Source: Botryllus schlosseri
Lineage: Eukaryota
Assembly: GCA_051294905.1 (NCBI GenBank)
Contig: CM119373.1
Span: forward strand, 33,852,001 to 33,916,000
Reading direction: 5' to 3'
Length of the DNA stretch: 64,000 nt
In this document: positions 12,658 through 25,040 of the stretch, in pieces
Position numbering within the stretch: the first letter of the stretch is position 1
How the letters are laid out: each line of letters opens with the position of its first letter
Notes under the pieces: generated by a model
Databases searched by the model: none
Seen by the model: the letters and a program-made list of their open reading frames with translations, nothing else
Told to the model about the DNA's origin: nothing
Program-made: the position numbers and the translations under genes

Positions 12658-14439
12658 TAGGGTTGCCATACGTCCGGAATTTCCCGGACATGTCCGGAAT
12701 TTCACTGAAAAATCTGCGTCCGGGAGGAATTTCTAAAATATGCCTAAATGTCCGGAATTTTAAAGGCTTGAAGCAGACTCAAAAGTTTTTCGTAAATCAA
12801 CATAAACAATATTATTTTCAAGCAGATTTCTGCTATTCAAAACTGTTCTTCGCGCCGCGCGCGAGTTAATACAACGTATAATGATATTAGTGTGTGCTCC
12901 AGGCACTACCATCGCCAAAAATGCAATCAAAATAAATATAAATAACCATCATTTACTGAAATAAGTGTGATTGTAATCGCAATTATAAGCTAACGGTATG
13001 TTAAGGCCGATTGGATGCTTCAATCACAGACATTGGTTCCAAATCTTGGGGTCGTCCGCCTTTATCTGGAGATCGCGATGACGTTGGACGTAATCAGCTT
13101 CCTAGGCCGTGAGTAAGGTTGGGCAAGCTGAATTTTTTTAGTAATCAGCTTATCAAGTTTTGAGCTTTGCCACGGAACATTTTCAAGTGGGAAATGAGGT
13201 CGCGAGCATAAAAGGATGGAAATCACCGGATGTGCAACCTGCTGGTGTATTTTATAGTAGCCTAATATATCAAAGAATCAATGTTATTGACAGAATTCAT
13301 ACATAAAATTTAACAGCCAAATGCTTATAGTAAGTGCCCAACAAGTTATATCGACTACCCTATGGTGGGCCCAAGATCAGTGCGCTTTGGACGCAAGCGG
13401 GGGGAACAAAAATGTTGTTTCGGAACTGATTAAAACACATAAACAGATAGCCGCACCGACCTAACTGTAAGGCCAGACACGACCCGCCAGATGATTTCAT
13501 CCGGCCCGTGGAGGAATCTATTGCAAACCCTAGCAAGTAGCAATCACCAGAGCTCACATTACAGATGGCCCAATTCATGACCTATGTTCCACTTCATTAC
13601 TGTATAGTGTATACCAGGGCTGGCCAACCTTTTCAGCCAAAGGGCCACTTTTGATTGACGAACTATTGCGCGGGCCACTAGCCGCGCCAAGCGCGAAAAT
13701 TTTTCGAAGTTCATAGTTCAATAATATTGTCACTTGACTATATTGCGGGCCTGCTGTAGGCTATATCGCTGGGCTCAGTTTGCAAGGAATGGGCTATTCG
13801 GCGCCCGGACAAACATGCGTCAATCATTTTGCGCCTAGGTTTCATAGTCGACGGGGTCTTTCTGTGAGCGCAAACGCAAGGTCGCATATGTTGAACGACA
13901 CTTTGTCTCGTAATCGCGAATATAGCTAGACTCAATCTGATGCAATAGGCGTTCTTTCATTTTCACAAAGGGGTAACAATATTAAAAGCAAGAAATCGAG
14001 TGACAACATGTTACGCGAAGCGTGTAGAAGTTTTTACTTCTGATAAATCTATCGCAAATTATTCTGCTATATTGTGGTGTACGAAGATCTACCAAAATGT
14101 GACTGGCTCATGGACCTGCCAATGCGTCGGAACTGATATTTTAGTCATCACATCTCAAGTGTGGCGGCCAGACTAATCAAATTTTTGTTTGGCCTTGCAA
14201 GTTCACAATCGGTGCAATCCATTTTTGATAATATTACTAATTTCGAAAATTACCTCGCGGGCCACTCAAAACCTTTTCACGGGCCACGGGTTGGCCGGCA
14301 CTGGTGTATACAGTCGATGGGCAATGCTTTCCTAGTGTGACGTCATATTGACGGTCAATGTGTTACATCTCATTTTAAAATCCGCTAGTGGGCGCTAAAG
14401 AGCGTCCGGAATTTGCTTCACAAAAATATGGCAACCCTA
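12658..14439. mobile_element. Non-autonomous hAT element inserted in the right arm only
   Basis: TIR TAGGGTTGCCATA/TATGGCAACCCTA and perfect TSD AACTAGTA. The empty site is visible in the left arm at ~7180. Confidence 0.92.
13615..14303. mobile_element. hAT MITE nested inside the 12658-14439 element
   Basis: TIR CAGGGCTGGCCAACC/GGTTGGCCGGCACTG, GGGCCAC motifs, perfect TSD GTGTATAC. Confidence 0.92.
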
Positions 14440-17400
14440 AACTAGTACAAATCTCATATGTCAAATCAATGTGTCAATCCTTATGTTCACAGCATGATAA
14501 CTTTGAATATAACACCATCGTTCGATTGTAAGAAATGAATTCTCAACTACGTTGGTCGGACTTTCAAATCTCGTATACTCAAACATATTATGTTAATCTC
14601 AAGTCGCCGACACTGAGAAGTAATTACTTTTGTCTTACAAAATATACCGAGTAGTAATTAGTTTGTCTTGCAGAATATACCGCGTAGTAATTCCTCTAAC
14701 TTACAGAATAGTAACGACTTTTCAAGCTGAATAAAAAAAGATGTGTAGGGATATGAATACAACCAAGCTTGTTATGGATTTTAGGTTTTAGTGATTGTAT
14801 GGATTCGTGTATGTTTGGCTGTTTTTCATACTGATACTGTTTGAGTTGGTTGGGTAAGTTACAAACGGATTTACTTGACAATGTTTTCGTGGTTGACTCT
14901 TTGAGTATGGTAAGATGGTGAGATGTCGAGACGTAATACTATTTCCGTACACTCAATTACAACAAAACATAACCCGCATTCAAATAAGCCGTAAGCTACA
15001 AGCGGATTTAAAACTTGATGCTGTTTTGTGGTTGACTCAAGTCAGTAGTCATGTTTGTGTTGATTTCGGGAATGATCATGACGAGTTGGTCGGGTAAATT
15101 AGGTAATGTGGTTGTAACTATAACCGTAAAGAGATGCTGACATCCCAATATCTTTTACGCTGTCGTATATGGATTCAATTGTGATAATTTAATTCTCAGT
15201 TATTGTTCTGACACTCAAATCTCGTATACTCAAAATATAATATGCCCAAGTCAAATCGTATATGCACCGATTAGTAAATACTCTGTCTTACAGAATAGTA
15301 TAACGACCTTTACAGTTGGATAAAAATTATCGGTCCTATCAATACAACCAGATGAATTAATTCAAGTTTGCGAGTTGTACTGATATAGCCAAGTAAGTGA
15401 AAACTAGATTTTAAACACTTGTTAATGTTGTGAATAATTCTTTTGAGTATGGTAAGATGTTAAAATGTCTCCTTGACAAACGGAAAGCTGGATCGGGAAT
15501 AGAGTTGTAATGTTACATTACTTGTTTCAAATCAATGTGTGTATAATATGGAAACGGGACTGTGGGGAAGTTGCTAGTCATGTTTGTCAATCCTATCTCA
15601 ATGCACACTACGCCAAAGACGAAATAATCGGTTTCGGATTAGGATTTTACAATTATTTCACACCTTTTTGAATAAGAGTCAACTTCGCAGATGATTAGGG
15701 TTGGGTCAGAAATAAGTGAAAATTTGTCGGTATTCGAATCACCGGCTACGCCGGTTCTGTGGTAAACTAATTACTAAAGTAACACCATGCGACTGATTCC
15801 TAGATTTAGCAAACTATTTCGCACTGACTGGATTAGTGTAATAATCGATAGTAGCACACGACTGCACGGAAACAATTCAGCGCGCAGGTCATTCGAAATA
15901 TAGGTCGCACTGCTTAATCCTCACAACAAACAGCGTTTCCGTTTGTGCGGCACGATATACACATTAACAAAGATTCATTCACATGACTATTTACTTGATA
16001 CATATTCAACACCGGTCGAGAGATGTATATACCCGAAAGTACGAATCACCGCCACACCCATAAGAACACATGGCGAATCACCAACACAACCTATACGCGA
16101 AAGCACGACATGCGAAAGTACGACGTGCGAGAGATGCCAATACCCGAAAGGGCAATTCACGGCCGCACCCATAAGAACACATGGCGAATCACCACAGATC
16201 CCGTAAGAATACATGACAGGCACATCACCGACGCAGCCTATACCCGAAAGGGTGTCGTCACCAGAGATACCATAAGAAACAATGGTACATCACCAGAGAT
16301 CCCATAAGAACCAATCGCACATCACCAGAGACCGCGTAAGAAACAATGACACATCACCAGAGATCCCATAAGAACCATTGGCACATCACGAGCGATAGGG
16401 GGTCTGAAAGGGTACCATCATCACTACGAGTTTTCACGTCAGGTCATGAGCGAGCTCTATACCTGAAAGGGTGGGGTCACCAGAGATCCCGTAAGAAACA
16501 ATGCCAAGTCACCAGCGATAGGGGGTCTAAAAGGGTGTGGTCATCAACACGAGTTTTCACGGCAGGTCATGAGCGAGCTCTATACCTGAAAGGGTGGGGT
16601 CACCAGAGAAACAATGGCAAGTCACCAGCGATAGGGGGTCTAAAAGGGTGTGGTCACCAACACGAGTTTCGCGGCAAGTCACGAGCGGGCTCTATACCTG
16701 AAAGGGTGGGGTCACCATAGATCCCATAAGAAACAATGGCAAGTCACCAGCGATAGGGGGTCTAAAAGGGTGTGGTCACCAACACGAGTTTCGCGGCAAG
16801 TCACGAGCGGGCCCATAAGAACCAATGGCGATGTGCGAGCGGAAGGGGGGGGGTCTAAAAGCGCGATATGCCAACACGAGTTTTCACGGCGATGTGCGAG
16901 AGATGCCTATACCCGAAAGTGCGACATGCGAGCGCACCCATAAGAACCAACGGCGATGTGCGAGCGGAAGGGGGGGTCTAAAAGCGCGATATGCCAACAC
17001 GAGTTTTCACGGCGATGTGCGAGCGGGCCCATAAGAACCAATGGCGATTCGCGACCGATCCTATATACTACTCTCGCTGTCTCACTAAACAGTACAAGTT
17101 TAATTTCGTGGCACAAGCGAACAACGTGATGCGGGGTCAGTATATCACCCTATTTGAGCCCGGGGTCCTGACGAAGTGCTGTTACGTTCCGGAGATGTTT
17201 AATTACTATTCAGGGGGCCTAAACCTTTTCAAACACACCTCACTCAGCTCTACCAGTAAATCAGATTACGTGAACAGAGACAGGATGAAAATTGATAGCA
17301 ATAATACATGCAATTCCCGATCATATTGACCGATTCAGTCATGAAACTAAAGAAATATCTCGCGCTTCGCGCGTTTAGGCGAGAAAAGCTGATTCACTCA

Positions 17401-17756
17401 ACGGACACCCAATGCAGCAGATAATTAGCGGTAAACAGTGTACAGTTTTGAAATCTCGCCAGGGCAATAAAACTACTCCGAAATAGCCATGATGACTGTT
17501 TGGGTCCGTTTCATAGCCGTAGTATTCGTGCGGCCCCGACCGTACTCTGAAATTCTAAATTTGGCCCTCACACCGAAAAAGTTTGGGAACCACTGCTCTT
17601 GATGGTTACAAGCCTGATGTGCGATGGTCTTCATATTACATGTGAGGGTTGGGTCGTTCAGTGTCTCGACACACACAAGAAGGTATGATGCATTTTGAAT
17701 GCGCGTCCGTAGAATGACATAGACTCATAGACTGACATAGAATGACATAGACTCAC

Positions 17757-17903
17757 TTCCATCTCCGAATTGTGTCTTGCATCGCAGAGATAACTTGTCA
17801 TAAGTTGTTGTCCGTCGCACGTCGTCTATGATTTTGAAGCATTCCATTTTCCCATTTATTACCAACTGAAGCGGGCATTTGTCGTCCAATATTGAGAAGC
17901 GGC
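17757..17903 (-). CDS. Secreted C-type lectin-like protein, exon 2 of 4
   Basis: Acceptor tattttaatatgcag, donor gtgagtc. Encodes (C)RFSILDDKCPLQLVINGKMECFKIIDDVRRTTTYDKLSLRCKTQFGDG, the CTLD N-terminal C..CF..C pattern. Phase 1/1. Confidence 0.85.
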
Positions 17904-18209
17904 CTGCATATTAAAATAGAATCTAGACCTGGACTAGGCAACTTCGACATCGCAAAGAGCCATTTTGACCCATTTTTGACTAAAAAAACTTTCGTTTGAT
18001 CCCGAAAGTGATGCGTTCAGTCCTAACACGGCATTTGTGTAGGTAAGTATAGGTAATTAGATTTCCATCTCCAACTAGCCGACACGTTAAATTAACGTAT
18101 AGAATTCACGATATTCAGTAACAGAGGTGTGCAAGTGAAAGCCATACGATTTAAGATACATTCCACCAATAAGATACCACTGCTGAGATGAATGAAAAGA
18201 AATACGTAC

Positions 18210-18291
18210 AGTTATTATAGATATTGTGGCAGCCGTAGTCTTGTGCAGCCGCACAGTGGAACGCAGCAACCAGAGTCAGAAACAGTAACAT
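18210..18291 (-). CDS. Secreted C-type lectin-like protein, exon 1 of 4 (signal peptide)
   Basis: ATG then MLLFLTLVAAFHCAAAQDYGCHNIYNN, a hydrophobic signal with an AxA-like cleavage site. Donor gtacgt; phase 1 matches exon 2. Confidence 0.8.
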
Positions 18292-18685
18292 ACTTAAGCT
18301 TTTGTTGTCTTAAAACTGAATTTCCTCATCCCAAGAAATGTATCTGTATGTCATATATATAGTTATGAAGCCAGGAGGACTTGAAGGTTTGTAAACGACA
18401 TTTTCATTTCCCTTGGACTTATAATCTTCCGAGGAATATGCTTGGGAAATCGTGCGCCTGATTTCGTAACATTCACGGGATAACCTATGGTTTTACTTCG
18501 CCGACAGGTTAGACCAGTAGGAGGAGCAGCATTGCATGGCCCTGGTTGCCAAAGCGTATTTGCGTAAAGTAACCGTCGGCATTGATGAATCTCAAGCGAG
18601 GCAAATAATAGGCCTACATATGATTGAAATGTCAATGTCAATACTGTCATGCTGTTCTGGCTGGTTATATATGGTATATATTAAT

Positions 18686-18950
18686 CAGAGGTGGTCGAAG
18701 TAGTCACGGTCGCTACTCAAGTAGAAGTAGAGGTAACGCCGGAATTTCTACTCAAGTAGAAGTAGGAGTGGTGGTTCACAAGTAAGTAAGTAAGTAGATA
18801 TTCTACGCTTATTTTTGCCTACAAAACTGAAAACTGTCAAGTAGAAGTAGAAGTAGTCTAAAATCATAACTACTTAAAAGTAATTTGAGTAGGCAAAATC
18901 TACTTCAAGTACTTCAAAAATTAGAAGTACTTCGTTACTGACCACCTCTG
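18686..18950. mobile_element. hAT-type MITE with GAAGTA/TACTTC internal motifs
   Basis: TIR CAGAGGTGGTC/GACCACCTCTG; flanks ATATTAAT/ATATTATT. Confidence 0.85.
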
Positions 18951-19109
18951 ATATTATTATTATTATTGATTTTTATTCTCAGTAAAGTTGGTAAATCAAC
19001 AAAAAATCCTGTCCACGAATAAAAATGTACAGATTGAAGTAAGCTTGTAAAATTTCAGTATAATTAAACTGCGATTTTATTATTGTTATGAGTTTTGTAT
19101 TAAACAAGG

Positions 19110-22100
19110 TCGGTTGAATAGGATCCATCCAGTAAAGATATTCCAAATTGCTTCTCTGCTGATCAAAGTCTCAAAGTATAACCTTGTAATGTTTTACATT
19201 TCACGCATTCGACAGAGAGTGTGAACAAGAGTTTGACACGGATTAAATGACGCCGCCCCGGAGTCCAAAGTGATATTTTCGTACTGTGTCATCATCATCA
19301 TCATTGGTTTATTAGCAATTTTATCAGTTCAATACACCACAAATAATGCGATACAATGAAAAGACAGGAAGATGTCGAAGCGACAAGGAGTAGTCTATGG
19401 AATCGGACACCCACCATGGCCTAGGCGATGTAAAGAGGAGGCATGCACATTGAATGAAAGTAAAGAATATAGTATAGAAAAAGAAAGCGACAAGAAATAG
19501 GGCGGCATGTCATGGGAAGCGAGATCGATAGGTCATTCGTGGTCCGGTAATCTTGAGAATGGACTGTATTTATTTAGTAGTAATTGCTTGTATTTCGACT
19601 TGAATGTGGACATGCTCGTCGACTGTCGGATGGCCGGCGGGATACTGTTCCACACATCAGGTCCGGCATATTTGATGGAGCGATGATCTTTTCGGTCGAT
19701 CATATGACATTTGGACGACGTCGACGCGCGTGTGTTGTACTTGTGCGCTTTTGATTCAGAGGTAAAGAAGTCATTGAAATATTCGGGGCAACGACCGCAG
19801 TGAAACTGATACATGAACTTGTAATGTGCGTATGTTTCAATTCGATGTCGCAGATTCCGACAATAAAGTATTGCACCTGTTGTTAATCAGCAAACGAAAT
19901 TGTTGTTTCATCTTTAGTCTTGGTTACTGGAAACAATTACATTTGTAAAATATTTTCCGATATTCGCGATACGCAGAGTGATTTGTACCAAGGTGGAATA
20001 ATTTTCCAATCAAGAACATTTCAGACACGCATAGTTTTACAACTCAATATGTTATTAACAATGGTACTGAAAAGTTTGTTGCTGTCATAATAATCTTTAC
20101 CACAAAGCCGGGTCTAATTAACGCGAATAATTTAATAATCAAGTCATGATCAACTATTACATATGTCAAATCAATGTGTCAATCCTTATGTTTACATCAT
20201 GATAACTTTCAATATAACACCAGCGTTCGATTGTAAGAAATGAATACTCAACTGCGTTGGTGAGACTTTCAAAACTCGTATACCCACACATATTATGTTA
20301 ATCTCAAGTCGCCTGCACCGAGTAGTAATTACGTTTGTCTTGCTGAATATATCGAGTAGTAATTACTTTATCTTGCAGAATAGCCCGCGTAGTAATTACT
20401 TTATCTACAGAATAGAAACAACTTTTACAGTTGAATAAAAAAAAGACGAGTCCTTGGAATATGAATACAACCGAACTTGGTATGGATTTTAGGTTATAGT
20501 GATTGTATGTACTCGTGTATGCTTGGCTGTTTTTCATACTTATACTGTTTGAGTTGGTGGGGTAAGTTACAAACGGATTTACTTGACAATGTTTTTGAGG
20601 TTGACTCTTTGAATATGGTAAGATGGTAAGATGTCGGGACGTAATACTATTTCCGTTACTCAATTGCAACAAAAAATAACCCGATGACTTGTTCAAGATT
20701 TCTTTTGTTCCAAATCAATATGTGAATAATCAGCTATTGTGACAAGTTGAAATGTCGTGCTGAAATTGTGAGCGGAAACAGTAGGCGATTGTGTAAATGT
20801 GAAGACAGCGAGATAGTGATCGTGTGAATATATTAATCTGAAATGCAACGGAGGGAAAGTTTGCGAGCATGTCTGACAAGCCTACTTCAAATCGCGATAT
20901 GACAAAGTAGGTTGAAATACTTCGATTCTAATTCAACTCATCGCATTGCAACTCGATCGCGTTATGTGCAAGCCGTTGTCAAGTTGGAAATGTTTACAAC
21001 AACGGGCGATATTTCATTGATTCTATTGTGTGTAGCAACACATTAAAATATCGCGATAGTATTTACTGAAACTCTATTTGACAAACGGAAATCTGGATCG
21101 CGAATAGAGTTGTAAGTTTCAAGGATTGTTTCAAATCGATATGCGTATATTCTTGAAATGTGACTGGATGAAATTTGGTAGTCATGTTTGTCAAACCTAT
21201 TTCAATTCACACTATGCCAAAGTCAAAATATTTCATTTCGGTTTATCTCAATTTATCTATATAGTACATCTCGCGAATGGATTCCGACGCCTGGATTATT
21301 TGGTGATGCTAGAGTTGGCAAATGATAGGATGTGTGTATCTGATGAGAGTTTGATTTCAAGTTGACAAATTAACAAAATGATTGAATATTTTCGATAAAG
21401 AGATAGTTGGTATTGATTTTATAGGTGTGCAAACAGCGGCGCGAAATGTGTGAATAATCCGATGCGGCTGAATGTTGGAGTCAGTAATATTCAGGTTACG
21501 TTCGATTCAACAGATCGCGTTAAAAGGATTTCTCAAAGGATTAGAGTGCTACCGAATTAAAACATTCAGATACGAATCAACTTCAGTTGTGTAGTGAGTT
21601 TCATTTCCAGTTGACAAATTAACACATTGATTGAATATTTTCATGATTCTTATCACACAACTAAAGCCAACCTCTATTCCAGAGGTGCGAAAACACTGAC
21701 ATAGCGATCGCCAGAGAGTGTCAAATTCTTGGTTTTCGAATCACCATCTGCGACGGTTCTGTGACAAACTAATTACCAAAACATTACCTTGAGAATAAAT
21801 CATTACCCTGTAACACCAAATCATGAGAGATGGTCATGTCTGAGGTGTTATCTTGTGAGTGATCGTAGGATTTTACAAATATTTCACACCTTTTTGAAGT
21901 TTTTGTTTGTGGACGCGGTTATTGTTGGTTTTCGAATCGCCGTCTACGCCGGCTCTGTGACCAATTAATTACCAAAATATTACCACGAGAGTGATTCCTA
22001 GATTTAGCAAACTATTCCACACCTTTTTTGCTGAAAGTACGACATGCCGCCGCGACCATAAGAATAACGATATATTGGAGTAGCACTCACCGTAAACGTT

Positions 22101-22487
22101 AGGATTACCTCGAATCGGTCATATATAATAATTTGGGATATACACATTAACTGAGGATCAATCACGTGACAATTTACTTCATAATCAAAATCACATATCA
22201 TCGCCACAGCATATAACTGAAAGGGTACCATCATCGCCGCACTGGCACATCATCACCGCATGAGGGCCCTGAAAGGGTACCATCATCACCACGAGTTTTC
22301 ACGGCACATCATCACCGCGCCCTACATCTGAAAGGGTACCATCATCACCGCACCCATAAGAACACATGGCACATCACCACCACATGGGGGTATAAAAGGG
22401 TACCATCACCACCCCGGGTTTTCATGCACATCATCAACCCGCCCATTAGAGGCAATGGCGCATCACGACCGATCTGTACTACTACTA
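19110..22487 (-). repeat. Diverged copy of the foldback arm (right-arm orientation)
   Basis: Aligns with ~11990-12660 and ~14440-15800, ends in tandem modules and the terminus GATCTGTACTACTACTA. Confidence 0.7.
19289..19830 (-). mobile_element. 5'-truncated CR1/L2/Crack-type LINE 3' end inserted in the foldback copy
   Basis: ORF 19533..19814 reads ...HKYNTR...SIKYAGPDVWNSIPPAIR...FKSKYK, typical of the ORF2 C-terminus. It is followed by a 3' UTR, AATAAA and a (GAT)n tail. Host sequence resumes on both sides. Confidence 0.8.
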
Positions 22488-25040
22488 ACGTATGCAGAAC
22501 TCCGTGTTATCTTGATTGCACTTCCAGCTTTTACAATTCGAATTATAACTACACAGTTTTTTTCAAATTAGATTCTAATTAAAATTACTGAATTTGAAAA
22601 ACTTGGAAATTGAAATAATTTCGAATAAGAAAGATACACAATAAAACTCAAGTCCGGCTCACATTAAATCAGAGCTCGTTCCTGTGCATATGAGAATTGA
22701 CAATGTATGTGTGCGATGCTAGTAGTAGTATAGATCGCAGGCATTGCCATTGTCTTTTATGGGCCCGCTCGTGATCTGCCGCGAAACTCGTGTTTTCTGC
22801 TGGACAGATATGATTTGTATTTAGAAAAACGATCTGCACCGATTAGGCGACGCTGTTTAATATCCGATGAGTGAGTTAAATTTCTTAGGGGTTTGATTTA
22901 GCTAGTTAATTGTCGGCGATTCAATCACATACAAGTATGATCTTTTAGTGACTGAGTATTGTGACGTCATTTACTTTGACGAATGACAATGGGAAAATTT
23001 CCAATTTCTCTGATCGTGTGCGTTGCACAAATAGTTCTAGTACACCTAATTATAGGACACATTTAGCAAACTTCGTACAAATTGTTTCTTTGCGATGGTA
23101 ACGACTTTCGGCGGCTTGGTTTTATGTCGGGAATCATTTCTGAGGGTTCAAATAACAATTTCAATCAATACTACAAACGAACAACAATACAAAACACGTT
23201 TAGTAAATTACAGGGTAGCAAGTATTTCTTTGATATTACAAGTTCAGTGTACTAGACATATCTAGTTGAATAGGATGCTTCTAGCAAACATATACCAATT
23301 TGCTTTTGTAATGATCAAAGTGTTAGAGTGTAACCTCACGATATTTTACATTTAGCACGTTCTATAGAGAGTGTGAACGGATTAAGTATTAATCACCCCT
23401 TCGATATCTAAAGCGATATTTTCACACTGTGTAATGAGTGTATATTTCAATTCGCCGTCACGAATTCCGACAGCAACGACATTGGTGTTTCATCTTTACC
23501 TTAATTCATAAATATCGCGACAGTCGGAACGGGAATCGAACGCATGCGTACTTTCAGATAGGCGACACTATAGCGATTTTATTACACCTGTGAAATACTT
23601 GAAACAGCGATTCGTGATTGTGTTAGCTATATTCATCCTCTATATCTGCGAGCACAAAGATTTCTTAACTTTGGTTACAACTCGTTCTTAACGAATTGGT
23701 CCGTGCAATCTAGAAAAGACACAAGTTGACGACGAATGATATGATTTTAATCAACTAAAAAGTCCTTTTGTTTTGGCGTTGGGTGTAATACACTTTGTAT
23801 AACAATGAATTACTTTGATTATAATTGAGTTGTCACGATTGTTCGCATTTTCGTTAAGAGTTGATTTCAAAAATGGGTATGATGAGAATATCGGATTGTG
23901 AATCAATGTCATCGTAAAGAACTTACTTGCCACACGATATCTTACATTAAAGTATACGGATACGTCTGTGAGAAATTAATTCTCGGTTATTTTTCGGGTA
24001 TTCAAATCTCGTACACTCAATGTTAATCTCAAGTCGCAAGCATTGATTTGTAGTTGTTGCGTCGTGAAAACTATCAATCGCTTTTACAGTGGAATAATTA
24101 AATATGAAGAATACAACTGATATTGATTGTTGGATGTGGTGGTTGTACAAGTGTCGTTTGTCTACTTTTGGATACATACTCTTGTGCTATGTGAGTTACA
24201 ACGGATTTACTTGGCAGTGTTTTCATAATTGACTCTTTCGAGTGTTGTAAGATGTTGAGATGTCGAGACGACGAATAGAGTTTGCATTTCCAGTTTTGTA
24301 AAAGATAACTAGTTCGTTAATAAAGTTGTAGGGTCTCATGACTTGGTATTATTCAGATCAATATGTGAATATTGCAAGCGAGCAACACTATTCGTGGGTT
24401 CACCAGGATGAATTATTAAAGTTTACCAGTTGTAGTAATATAATCAAGTAAGTGAAAATTAGGTTTAACACATGCGAATGTTTTTGTGCTTGACTCTCTT
24501 GTGTGTTCCAAACACGGTAAAATTTCGGGGTGCAGCAATGATAGCATTTTCAGAAACTCAGTTGTAACAAAAATATTTATTGACCAATGATAGAGTTGTA
24601 AGTTTCAACGTTTGTTTCAAATCAACCAGTGAATAATCCGACAACCAAGCGATCAACATTCTTAATATTATTGATATAAGACAGAACCATGTTTACAGAT
24701 GTTGAATAATATTATCTTGATGTCAAGGTGATAAATTTACGCATTCGGGTACGATCCAACTTGAATTGGGCAGTGCGTTTCATTTCGAGTTGGTAAATTA
24801 GCACATTAGTCCTGTGAGTCTTATCGCACAGCTAAAGTCGATCGCTATTCCAAGATGTGAAAACGAATCGCCGTCTATGACGGTTCAACATTTAATAGGG
24901 GTCACGTTTCCTCAAGGGTACATGGCATGGATTGCTCTATACCACATAGCTGTTTGAGGATTCGATCTATTTCTTTTTCTTTGTCTTTATTCTCGCTTTG
25001 TTTCTATCCCTTAGTCATTCTTGCTGCTATTTCTGTGCTG

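Larger units (their letters stand above)
4666..17073. mobile_element. Foldback-type element with ~4-kb inverted arms and a 2.4-kb spacer, no transposase seen
   Basis: 4667-8702 is the near-exact reverse complement of 11147-17072 apart from a 1.8-kb insert. Terminus TAGTAGTATATAGGATCG. Outer domain of GC-rich tandem modules, inner domain AT-rich. Confidence 0.85.
11147..17073 (-). repeat. Right arm of giant inverted repeat (contains hAT insertion 12658-14439)
   Basis: Mirror ORFs in the track (7868..8209+ vs 11640..11912-; 5010..5393- vs 16346..16720+) reflect the inversion. Confidence 0.9.
2993..17595. mobile_element. hAT (Buster/Charlie-like) non-autonomous shell inflated to 14.6 kb by nested insertions
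   Basis: Left TIR CAGTGATTCCCAA, right TIR TTGGGAACCACTG, GCGGCCC subterminal motifs at both ends, and an identical 8-bp flank CTCTTGAT at 2985-2992 and 17596-17603. Confidence 0.8.

Noticed and set aside
4660-17080. TSD for the foldback element
   Set aside because: Flanks gacgcgc and ctcgctg give no clean duplication, so the superfamily cannot be assigned.
17211-17595. Separate MITE from CAGGGGGCCTAAAC (17211) to 17595
   Set aside because: The flanks do not match; the 17595 end pairs with 2993 through CTCTTGAT.
18363-18650. 95-aa ORF upstream of the lectin start
   Set aside because: No motif or convincing splice sites; left unannotated.
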